A stretch of DNA of 58,544 bases, filler included, from Sphacelaria rigidula (Eukaryota), in the NCBI GenBank assembly GCA_964200075.2. It is 7 parts of 7 records of this genome, joined end to end, with 100 filler letters (N's around TTAATTAATTAA, not from the genome) between each part and the next. Parts side by side here need not be neighbours in the genome. Positions count along the whole stretch, not along the records: positions 41,891 to 50,167 come from CAXNAA020011678.1; positions 50,268 to 58,544 come from CAXNAA020011679.1; 5 more parts are not named here. One strand, written 5' to 3'. The translations under genes and the position numbers were made by a program. The notes under the pieces are model-generated. The model searched no databases. It was not told the DNA's origin and worked only from the letters and a program-made list of their open reading frames with translations. Shown here in pieces: positions 46,239-57,001 of the stretch (positions are counted from its first letter, which is position 1; each line of letters opens with the position of its first letter).

Positions 46239-49200
46239 TGCTCACGGAGACGGATTGCCGAAGATAGTCCAGCCGCCATCAATTCTCCTCAACTCTGCTG
46301 ATGCGGGTGCTACGAGTGTTGCCGGTGCGCCGGGCAACGGCAACGACGACCGTAACGCATACCGTGGGGCTACCGGCGTGGCTTCCGAAGAAGAATACGA
46401 GAGCGCAGTGGAAGATTACGGTGGCGATTGGATTGTGCCAGAAGCCATCGCCGGGGAGGGTGGTGGTGGTGGTGGTTGCGGCGGCGGCCGTCGGCGTCGT
46501 GCCGGTGGTCCTTATCGTCGTGGCGGCGGCGGCGGTAGTGCGGGGGCAAGAAACACCGGGCCTGCCAGAGACTCTTGGCTCGTTGATGACTCAGATGATG
46601 ACAATAAAGTTGCCGCTTCTCACGAAGAACAGGAGGTGATTGTGATGGCGTCGCCTGTCGAGCGACCGATGGGCGGAGCTGCTCGTGGTGGTGCGGCGAC
46701 AGTGAGAGTTGCTGAGATCTTCGGCGGCCGCAGACGAACGTCTGCTCGTGCACGAAGACCGTGGAGTGTAGTGTCATCTTCGCCTCGACATGGTTCAGAG
46801 GCGCAGGCGCCTTTATCTGTCGAAGATTCTGATGATGAGCAGGAGGAGAAAGAAGATAAGGAAAACGAGGTGTTGTTAGAGGTGTTTGAGCGGCTTTCTA
46901 TTGGAGACGATGGCAGCGTTTCAGAGGACGGGGTGCCGGTGAATGGAAGTGTTGGGGTCGGCTCGGGCAGGAAACTGAGAAGGTATTCGAGTAGCAGTGG
47001 TGATGGTGATGGTTGTGGTGGGGATGCTGCTGATGGTGGTAGTGATACTGATATGTTTGGAGCTGTTGATGAGGACGATCGCTGTGATGGCGGCGTAATT
47101 CGTGGGATGAAAAGAGGCGTCGGCTCGACTTCGAGGAGGAGGCTTAGGAGGTATGCGTCCTCGAGTGATGATTGCGATGGTGCCTATGGTGGTGGTGATA
47201 GTGATGAAGACGATGATGCATTTTGGGCTGGAGGTGACGCAGATGGAAGTCGCTGTACTTCTGACCGAAAAAAAGATGGAGTTGCCGCGCTGGAGATAGA
47301 CGAGGCTTCCGATGGTGCGGGGTACAACAGACAAGACGAAGAGGCCAAGTACCTAGGTACGGATAACGCGCGTCCCGTAAACACCGCTACTACTACCCCC
47401 ACCAAGGGTTGTAACCTCCGCTCGTTGTCTTTTTCATCGTCCTCATCGTCCGCCACAGATAGCGACCGATATCATTCCCTCCCCGGGCGCTACTCCGTCG
47501 GAGTTGAGAACTCAGAAGTAGACGATGATAGTGATGACGGTTGCGATGATGGTGGTGACCGTCCCATTGGTGACATATCGTGCGATACAGTCGATATGCC
47601 TTGCGACAGTGGTGGCATTTCTCGTGATGATTGCCGTGACCGGACGGGGTTGGGGCGAGAGCTATCCTCGACGGCAACAGAGCTGACGGAGCTTCCACCC
47701 CTTGATGCAGAAGAATACGACGCGGTGGGACAAGAAAAAGGAGGAGCGTCCGCCGATGGGTGTGAAGGGAATGAGTACAGGAGGAGGGTACCGGTAGGTG
47801 GGGATCATGACGAAGTTTCAGGTGAACATCCGGCGGAAGAAGGCGTGTCGATATCCGCCTCGATGACTGAAGAGTTCTGGTCACCGCCGTCGCCCCTGCA
47901 AAAGCAGGAAGAGAGTGATACTCTCACGAAGGAACAGGAGCAGGGTGGGCAGACGGAGCAAGAGGCCCCTGCGAAAAGGGTGTTTTCGGCTGTGGATGAC
48001 TGCGAAGTTGCCGAGGGGGAGCACGAAAAGTGGAAACGGGCTGGGGGTGGTGTTCGCGGTGGCGTTGAGGAGCCAGTCGTTGGCAAGAGGTCGGACTCGT
48101 TTTACTCTTGTTCGTCTGCAGGAGGTGAGGGCGGCATGGATGGGGCCAAGGGAGAACATAGGAGAGGAGATGGCAGCGGCGACAGTGACGAAGACGATGA
48201 GTGGGATGAGGAAGAGCCAGCGGAGACTCGTCGTATGACCGTGTTGTCCAAGCGCAACAACAACGAGCCTCTGACTTCAGAGTCTGCAACAAGGCGGGAC
48301 GGTTACGCTAGTTGTAGCAGCAGCAGGTTGGGTGGTGGTAGCAGCGGCGATGAAGATGTGAAATCGGGGAATCGACGCATGACCGTGTTGTCGAACCGCG
48401 ACAAGATACTCGTGCCTTCTGATAATGAGGTATGTCGGGATAGGAATGTTGGTAGCAGCAGCAGGAGCAGCGGTGGCAGTAGTGATGAAGAGGTCGAGCC
48501 AGGGAATCGGCGCATGACCGTGTTGTCGAAGGGCAACAGAATCAGACTCGAGTCGTCAGCCGAGAGGCAGGATGGTGGTGCCAACGGCAGCAAGAGCGGC
48601 GGTGGTGATGATCCTATCCTACCTCCCGTTTTTATTGGAACACAACGGAATGGTTCTGAGCGTAGCAGTAGCAGCAGGAGCAGCAGCAGCAGTGATGACG
48701 ATCTCGAGCCGAGAGATCGGCGCTTGACGGTCTTGTCAAAGCGCAAGCAAACGAGGCTCCCGTCTTTAGCACAGCGTGATGGTTCTTGCAAACCAAGCAG
48801 CAGCAGTAGTAGCAACAGTGGCAATGCCATTTCTGGTGGTGGCGATGACGGTTTCGGGTTTGCTCCCTCCGCTGGATCGAGCAAGATGACAATGATTAAC
48901 CATGCCGATAGAGAACAAGAGCAAGGAGGTGACTTGGAAGATGTCGATGCCGGTGATGCTCTTCACACGAAAGTTGATCATTGCAAGGCTAAAAGAGTTG
49001 CAGAGTCAAGAGAGAGAGCCAGAGTGTTTGCATCGGATGTGCTCGGTGTGGACGTCGTTGATGGTTATGACGATGGTGACGGGCGCAGTGAAAGTATGGG
49101 GTCGCCGGAGGGAGAGCGGGTCCAGCGCCTGTCGTTGCCGTTGTCATCGTGTGAGTTATCGCCGACACAACTCTTGGTTGCTGCTAACAGCGATACAGAT

Positions 49201-49689
49201 TCCAAAAGCAACACACCAATAGCAGCAGCTATTGAACAACTACGCGCGAACGAGAATTCATGCCCAGCACAACGCGGACAAGCACCAACTTCTCCTCCTA
49301 CCTCTCCTAATTTGTCGCCCGTTTCGAAGTCCTCAACAATTACAACGAACCCCAGTGCCTTCACCATAGCTGCCGGCACTTCCGCACTCCCTCACATCCC
49401 TACCGACGCCACTGCCAACATCACGACTGCCGCGTCATCGTGCCATGATCACGTTGAAAGATTGAAGCCGTTCAATTTTCAGAGCTTCCGATGTCGGTGC
49501 GTGGCAGGGGAGGAGGCGGCCGAGATATCCCGGGAGCTATTGTGCAGTGCGTTGGAGAAGGAAATTCACGGAAAGTTTCATGAGGCTATGGATGAATGCC
49601 TGACTGCGGTGGAGTTATGCGACGACGACAGAGAGCTACACGAGGCTGTCTGTCGTATTTCTGTCAAGATAGGAACCTGGTTGTCCTAG
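46239..49689 (+). CDS. ERCC6L: ERCC6L/PICH-like translocase, giant terminal exon: acidic, Ser/Gly-rich disordered region plus a C-terminal TPR-like motif
   Basis: Acceptor AACAG|T completes a Ser codon and runs SAHGDGLPK into the 1144-aa ORF. The C-terminus ELLCSALEKEIHGKFHEAMDECLTAVELCDDDRELHEAVCRI resembles the terminal TPR of PICH. Confidence 0.8.
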
Positions 49690-50033
49690 TGGTGTTACTT
49701 AAGGTCAGGTTGGACTTGTATCGTAGACATGGTGTCCTCAACAATGTGGGCTGCGGTGGTTGCGCAAACGCACATGCGTCGCTTCTCTCTTCGAGGGTCC
49801 CATGCCATTTTGATCAAACTGGTAACAGTTACTTTATCAAAATACATATACTGGATGTTGTGGCTTCGGTTCTTGACACTAATCTCTTAATACAGGATAT
49901 AGTTTCCGCCATTCGGAGACTGGTGTAATCGAATTGCCAAAAACATTTATTTTCGATGATAGTCGATAGGCTGAGGGAGTGCTGATCGAATCCTCGATAC
50001 TGGTGCATAAGCCAGGCGAGCATTGAGGGAGAA

Positions 50034-50167
50034 CACACGTGGACAGATAGCACCCTATGGAGGGGGTCAACAGGGTTTACGTACCCTGCGCAGTGTTTCT
50101 GGCGGGAATTTTACTGTACAGTGTTTTCCAGCGTAGCGTAGGACGCTCCACAGGGTTTCCCTACAGT
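50034..50167. mobile_element. Terminal fragment of the same CMC/CACTA-like family as 1691-4261
   Basis: CACACGTGGACAGATAGCACCCT...CAGGGTTTCC is nearly identical to the reverse complement of 4128-4261. Cut by the scaffold end. Confidence 0.85.
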
Positions 50168-50595
50168 NNNNNNNNNNNNNNNNNNNNNNNNNNNNNNNNN
50201 NNNNNNNNNNNTTAATTAATTAANNNNNNNNNNNNNNNNNNNNNNNNNNNNNNNNNNNNNNNNNNNNTGGTTTGAAGCTAAAGGAGTGATTGAAGCTCTA
50301 ATTGACATACTCATTTGTTGCTTGCCTTAGTCGTTTGACCATTGACCACGCATCCCTTTCGAGACGGAGCATATAGGGAGGAGGGGGGGTCTTTTGGGCC
50401 GTTTCCTTCCACGGAATTCCACTTCAATCGCCCTTGAAAGCAGCCGACGGTTGTTCGAACGCGCTTGCTCCCAAAAAATAACGTCTATTCATACTGTTTT
50501 ACACCACTTTTACCCAAATACAAGCGAACCGCGAGTGTTCTAGGTTGTAGGTCGTTTGACGCATCTATGACCACATTTGTTCGGGGAATCGAACA

Positions 50596-50676
50596 CCCCG
50601 GTGGCTCAGTCGGTAACCTCAAAATCTTCCGATGGTTGGGTCGTGGGTTCAATTCTCGGAGCGATCTGAGATTTTT
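50596..50676 (+). mobile_element. Head-only copy of the tRNA-derived SINE
   Basis: CCCCGGTGGCTCAGTCGGTAACCTC...GTCGTGGGTTCAATTCTCGGAGCGATCTGAGATTTTT. Confidence 0.75.
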
Positions 50677-50775
50677 ATACTCCTGGTTAGACACACATGA
50701 TGCAGTGTAAAAGCCGTGGCTGTCTCTGGAAGTGGCGATACCACAGAATAAAGCAACTCATTGTCGGCTGTCATC

Positions 50776-50865
50776 TGTGACGGTTTAAGAAATAACCAAC
50801 TAGACTACTGGTCAGTCAGCGCTGACTAGTCAGTAGTCTAGTTGGTTATCTCTTAAACCGTCACA
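50776..50865. repeat. 90-bp near-perfect palindrome (TGT...ACA)
   Basis: TGTGACGGTTTAAGAAATAACCAACTAGACTACTG pairs with CAGTAGTCTAGTTGGTTATCTCTTAAACCGTCACA, around the palindromic core AGTCAGCGCTGACT. Confidence 0.9.
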
Positions 50866-51056
50866 AAATTTAGTCGTGGGGGTTCGATCCCCGTCACGCT
50901 CACTCCAACGAGGGCGACTCCCCTTGCCAGCGCTCTATCGACTGCCACCAGAACCTCTAGTGTAATCGCTTTCACCGTATCCTAGACTTACTCGTCTCCC
51001 CCATTCATTCCAAGAATGTGTGCACTGTGGTCCTTAGCAGTACACTCCAAACATAG

Positions 51057-51345
51057 TCACCAGGCTATACCCCACCCTTTTATGTGAAGAATGCAACATG
51101 AGACAAGCTTCGTTTTGAATGGTATGTGTATGTATCTTCCGTCCTGCCATGTGGTGCTGATTTCTTGTATGCGCTTGTGTGAAAGGGGCAATTCATTCTC
51201 CCAACATAAAGTACCACGGATCATGTAAATTGCTCTGATTAAAATCGGCTGTGTCGTGTCTACGCTGTCGAGCGCACAAGCTAGGGCCTCAAGCGCGGCC
51301 TTCTCTATGTTCGATGCACTGCCTTTGATAGACCAAAGACAGCCA
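51057..51345 (-). pseudogene. Possible decayed RNase HI-like domain
   Basis: SNIEKAALEALACALD..TTQPILIRAIYMIRG...W...LHIKG has the spacing of RNase HI motifs (NxxAELxA, DSxYxxxG, HVKGH), but the catalytic residues are not retained. Confidence 0.25.
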
Positions 51346-53337
51346 TGATGTTTGCTATCACTGCTGCCTGTGTGCACTAACAACAAGATAACAGAAGGAA
51401 ACTCTGAGACTGGACTGGCGGGAAATTTGTGCATTGCCTCTGTACACCAACGACAATCGGAGAAACTGTGCTGTCACTACTGCCTGTGTACATTGATAAC
51501 AAGCTACGTGCTGGTCTCCTCTATATGGCTGTGCAAAGCAACTTCGCGTTACAACAGCGAGTACCCGTCACCTCTCGAATTGCAGTGGGCAAGATCACAC
51601 ATGAAATTCGCCTGAGCGTACGTCGGACGGATCAAGCACAGGAGCCCACATGTGAAGGGCGGTTTTGACCATCGTCTGTCTACCGCACTTCACGGACTAA
51701 TAGCAGCAGCCATGATGTGTGTTGCCCCTGCCGCCTGTGTACATTAACAACAATATGTGAACATCACGGCTAGCAAGTTGCAGTTTCGATCGAATGCTTG
51801 GTTCGGGACTAGATACTACAAAGCGAGAATGCGGAAGGGTATTTGCGCCAACATGCGCATTCCAGCACTTGTTCTGTGTCGATGTCATGTGAAATGGATA
51901 TGTGGATGCCTTGATTACGCAGCGCTCCTTTTGCGCTGCCGTCGTGGTTAGCATGACACAAAAGTCAACGTGACGGTTCAACGCTGATAGCTCCGAACGT
52001 CTTGTGTCTTGTGTCGCAGAGGTGAAGTTTGCCGTTGACGGTTTGCGTTCAGGAGTAGAGAACATTGAAGTGATTTCTTCCACTCGTGCCACGACCCTGA
52101 GCCCATGGGGCCCATGGAGTAAATGCTCTCCAAACAGCCATCACCGGAAGGTGCGGGGTATGCAATGAGCAGCCCAGCTGCACAGCGTGAATCGCTTTTT
52201 TTCGTCAAGGTCGTCAACGTCATTCTCACGTGTTCCACGATACTCGAGTGCTAATTGTCTTAATATTCCGTGCTGCTTCGTTTTTGCGGTATGTGACTCA
52301 AAGGGTCAAGTGGGGTTGGTGTTGTGGGTGACGCCCGCAACTGCTGCCACTTTTCGTGTTCTTGACTACTGATGTTGAGAAGGACGGTGAATGTGGGGTG
52401 TAATGTAGTGGGCGTGTGCTCCCCGAGTGCAACAGCTAAACGATACAAATACACAACGATATATCGGTGCAGTCGCTGGAGCAACTACATTTCTGCGACA
52501 CCGACCACTCGCAGGCTTGTAAATATGTACTGAAGTTAGAATACAGATCTTATGAGCGAGGTCGTTATTTGGAGATGACGTCTGCTTTTGTTATGGATAC
52601 GATTGGCTCGATTACGGGTTATTTTTTCTGCAGTGGATAGTGGTCGGTCCATTTTACCAATATATAGTGCCCAAAATCGGGCCCCATTCACCTCCATAAC
52701 TGTAGTGATGCTGTACTCTGGTGATGCTATATCTCAGCAAACTGCTGAGTGATGCTGCGTTTCGAAGATCGTTGGCGTCTGCCGCCGCATTGGATCGTTT
52801 CGCTGACGGCGGTCGTCGCCGGCGCGACAGTATGAAGTCTCTCTCGGATACTCAACAAGAGGCGCTCGAAAACTCGATGACTAGTCCAAAGAAGTATGTT
52901 TCAGAATGCTTTGTTACGTGTTCCGTAGCGCTTAGACGCAGGGGTTGCTCAAACGATGCCGCACAATGAATGACGGCGATTTTTGTGTTGGACTGCTCAT
53001 CATCATGCTTGCGCTGCCGTGCAGAAACTTCTGGGTTAGGGGCACACGGTCAAAACCGGTTGCGAATCCCGAGCCTTTTAAGCAAAATAAATGAAATTTC
53101 GATGATCCGTTGAACCTCACCCAAATGTCGAACATCAAAAACGAATCCAGGCTGTTAAACAAATGACTGCATCGGAAAAGCGGACAATAGCATGTACACG
53201 GTCCTGTCTGTTTCACATTGTTCAACATACACCAAATACATTACACTAAGTTCACACGACCTGCCATTGAAGCAGACAAATATATCTACACGACGGTGTC
53301 CCTTTCATATTGCTTGCGGAAGCCTGCGCTGTACACC

Positions 53338-53406
53338 TATGGCTATGGACCGTTGTCCACTATGGCTATGGACCGTTGTCCACTATGGCTATGGACCGTT
53401 GTCCAC
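53338..53406. repeat. Perfect 23-bp tandem repeat x3
   Basis: (TATGGCTATGGACCGTTGTCCAC)3. Confidence 0.95.
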
Positions 53407-56400
53407 AGAGTACAGCGCATGCACTACAGCAGTGGATACATGTTACTGGTGCTGATCACTGAAATGAACGGAGCGATAACTTTTCCTGTCGCACGCCATG
53501 TTGCTCAACAACTGTCATAATAAACAAAAGACTGCATCGGAAAAGCGGGGACTGACATGTACACGCAGTCTTGCGCGAAAATGATTAGAAAACAATCATC
53601 TCGGGACAGAACTGGCGCTCTTTTCATCCGCTGGCGCACTGCTGCATCACCCAACCCCAGATCTAGACGCATCAATTTGTTGATTTTGGTCTACGTGAGG
53701 TGTCAGCGAAGTTTCAGCGCATATAAGCGACGACAACGCGCGCACAACCGTGCCTCCTGCTCTGAGCATCTCTATAGTCAATACCAGAACGACTTTTCCA
53801 CATATTGTCATCATCCAGCGGCGGCGCCAGACTGAGCTATGTTTGTTTACGAGCACTGCAGCCTCCCAGGTGGTCATGATGCGAACGTGAGTGCGCTGCC
53901 ATGTCCACATATGCATACACTCACGGTGAACAGAATCTCGGCCGCGAGATGGCCCTTTTGAGGTCATGCAGACGGTATTGCCCGAAATCGGTATTCGCGT
54001 TGTTAAATTTGTTCGGAAAAGGAAGTGGGCTGTGCTCCGGTACATACATAGACTGTAGTATGCCCGACTGGTGCATCAAGTTTCACGTTGGTGCCTGCAG
54101 CAGCGGTCGAGAACTTGACTATCGAAATGGAGTGCAAAAGTCGAGCATAGCATCGGTCAACCGCCAAAGATACAGTAGCGGGTTTGCGTGCCGTACTACC
54201 GCCAGCATTGCTTGAAAGCCACAAGACCTTTGCGGTCGGCGGTTGATGGCGTGGGTGTCAAATGCAACGACAAGTGGTTGATCAGAGAGCACTCTTGTTC
54301 CCCGTTGGTCCATATCTCGCCTCAGCTTGTAATGATCATGGAAAGCTGCTGTACCGCGGGGTTCACGCAGCAGGGGTGTGCTCCAGATTGCAGCGTGGAA
54401 GCGCCCCTCTGCACCACGCTAGCCACAGTGAGGTCACAAACATAGGTATCGTTTCTTACTCCGCATGTCAAGAAGATCTCCACAAGTGTTCGATCTCTCA
54501 TACACCCCCCCAACTAGCGCGTGGCACGCTCTCGTCGTCGGGCACCGAGATAGTCACATGTCGGGTAAAATCAACGATGAATAACACCCCCCAACTGATT
54601 GGAGCTGCTGTTGCCGGAGCACCGCCCTTGCTGGCATGTGTGTGACAAAGAACAGTAGCGGTGACGAGAAGATTACCCTGTTTCAACGACATGTTCTGCA
54701 GCGCACAAAAGCGCGTGCTGTCCAAAAAGAGAGACAGAGATAAATCGACATTTTTGCATTAAACAGTGGATCCTAGAAAATGGGGTTCATCTACAAAATG
54801 AGGTTGAAGTGGTATTTCTCTTTTGCAGGGATGACGCGAAATACTTACGACCGAGCGAAGCCATCTTCCCCCCCCAAACGTCTGCGGCAGTTAAGCAGCT
54901 GTGGCAGGGTGCACCTTACGAATGCGGTGTACACGCGTGTCGATGACAGGATCACCAGAGGGAGAAGTAACGACAAAGAGAAAGCTCCTCGCACGTGTCC
55001 TTTGTGTGTTGTGATATGATGTGACTGCAGGACGTAGCCATGATCTTGGGCAAAAGTGACATTGAATGATGGGACATTTTCCTTCTCAATTGGCGGAGAA
55101 TTCGCTGCCCCTTGAGGTTGACGTTCTACGGAGAGCATGTATTTGAATTCGAACAAAGGTAGTGACCCAACCATGGCATGAAGTGACGAGCACGCATTTT
55201 GGGATTGTATGGTATGACCTTAGATATGTCGATTGAGGGGGCGGCGAAGCGCGTTCAAAATAGTAGCCCCTATGCTCACTATCTCTTCTCATCCCGGTTT
55301 TTGGCTGCGATTCACCAGTTTTCCCATTGGAGTATCTACAGACCGCGAGAAAGTGAGTCCCAGAGATAAGAGCAGTAGTCGGGCTGCTGTTTTGTCTGGC
55401 GTGTTTTATTGATCAAAGCTTAGGTCTGTTTCGGTTCATGTTGCCTTAATGTTCTGTAGATGAAGCTCGGATACAATCAATTGTGTGAAACAAAAACAGT
55501 GCTACTCTTGCTTGTAATTGCTTGTTGTCTCCTTGTGTGGAAGCAACACGAGAGCGACTGTGGTCAGCCCGCGCAACGTACGCAGAGGTCTGAACCTGGA
55601 ACAATCTTGGTGAACACCATTACAACCTCCACAAGGTGCTTTCACCTCTATCACATCGCAGTTGGAGCTCCCGCACTGCCTCTGCTGTACTTTGTTTTTT
55701 GTTGCGTTGTGTCCAGACTGCCGACCTGCCGTGTACACTAACCACCAGTGTGCCTTGCATGCGCGTCCCTTTTGTTTGTTCATCGTCTAGCCGTCTGTAG
55801 TTGTTGCTCTGTCCTCTATCCCTGGCAAGATGAGTTCAAGGGCCTCTGATACCCTAGACGCTCGCACCCTGCGCCGACTCCGACGCGAACGTACGCGACC
55901 AATAGCACTTGCCCCCCCACCATCCTCACCCTCTCGTCCCAGCTGCCTATCTATGACAACTGCCCCAGTAATGATACCCATCTACTCTGTAGCGGATGCG
56001 AGTCACCAGGTAGAGTCCAATTTATACCGTGACTCTCCTGCCACATTCCATTATTTTCCCACATGAGCTGCCCGTACATCATCAGACACCAACTCGTTTC
56101 TACCACCACCGGCACTGTATCAGCGTGCACCCTTTCGCTACCGCTACCCCACGCGAAGATCATATGTACTGTCGTGTGCCACCGTGCATTTTGCTGTCTG
56201 GTGCTTTGCACGCTGCTGTTGTACTGCACTACATATTTGTATTACGGTTGCGCTTGTACATTTATTGTCTGTTTACCTGCACGATGATACGCCATCAACT
56301 CCCGGCTCGGGGCGATTTTCAGCGAACTACGCGGTACTATAATCAGTATCACCAGCTGCGCTGGTATTGCCTCTAGACATGGCATCCGGTAGGTATTTTT

Positions 56401-57001
56401 TTCTCAGCCTCAACGTGTTCTCGAAATAGAACTGAGCGGTTTGACGTTGCTGTTCGCTGCATCCGACACGTCTCTTTCTTCGTGGCATGCAGGTTTGTTA
56501 ATGCGCTGTTGGGCTGGTGCCACTGTATATCTGTTGATGGTGACAACCGTTGTCTTCTTGCCTTTTGCTGTTACAATTTATTCCAACACACACACATACG
56601 GTTTGTTGTGTGCCTTCGACATATATATATATATATATTCCCCCTTCCGTCTGCACCTAATTAAAAAGGTGATAGACCACTACATGTGCGGAGTGCGCGG
56701 ACCTACATGTCGATCGAAAACTGTCGACAGTACCCTGCCACTATGTTTCTTTTATTTTTGTTCGCTCCGTCTCAATCCTTAGCAACTGTGCTGTCTCCCA
56801 CGACGGAGCGTCACACTTCTACTTCGAACCCCATTGTCGACCACAGGTCCACAGTCGGGCACCAACAACCTTCAACAACAAACCCGCGGCAATATATTTT
56901 CTTTCACTCAGCCAGTGCACCATCACCACTGAACAAAATCCTCGTCGGCCAGCGTGGGTTCTCGCTTGTGGTGTGTGTACGCTAGCGTTGACCGTTCTGT
57001 C

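Noticed and set aside
46301-49379. Many overlapping alternative-frame and antisense ORFs
   Set aside because: They are shadows of the GC-rich, low-complexity terminal exon of the PICH-like gene.
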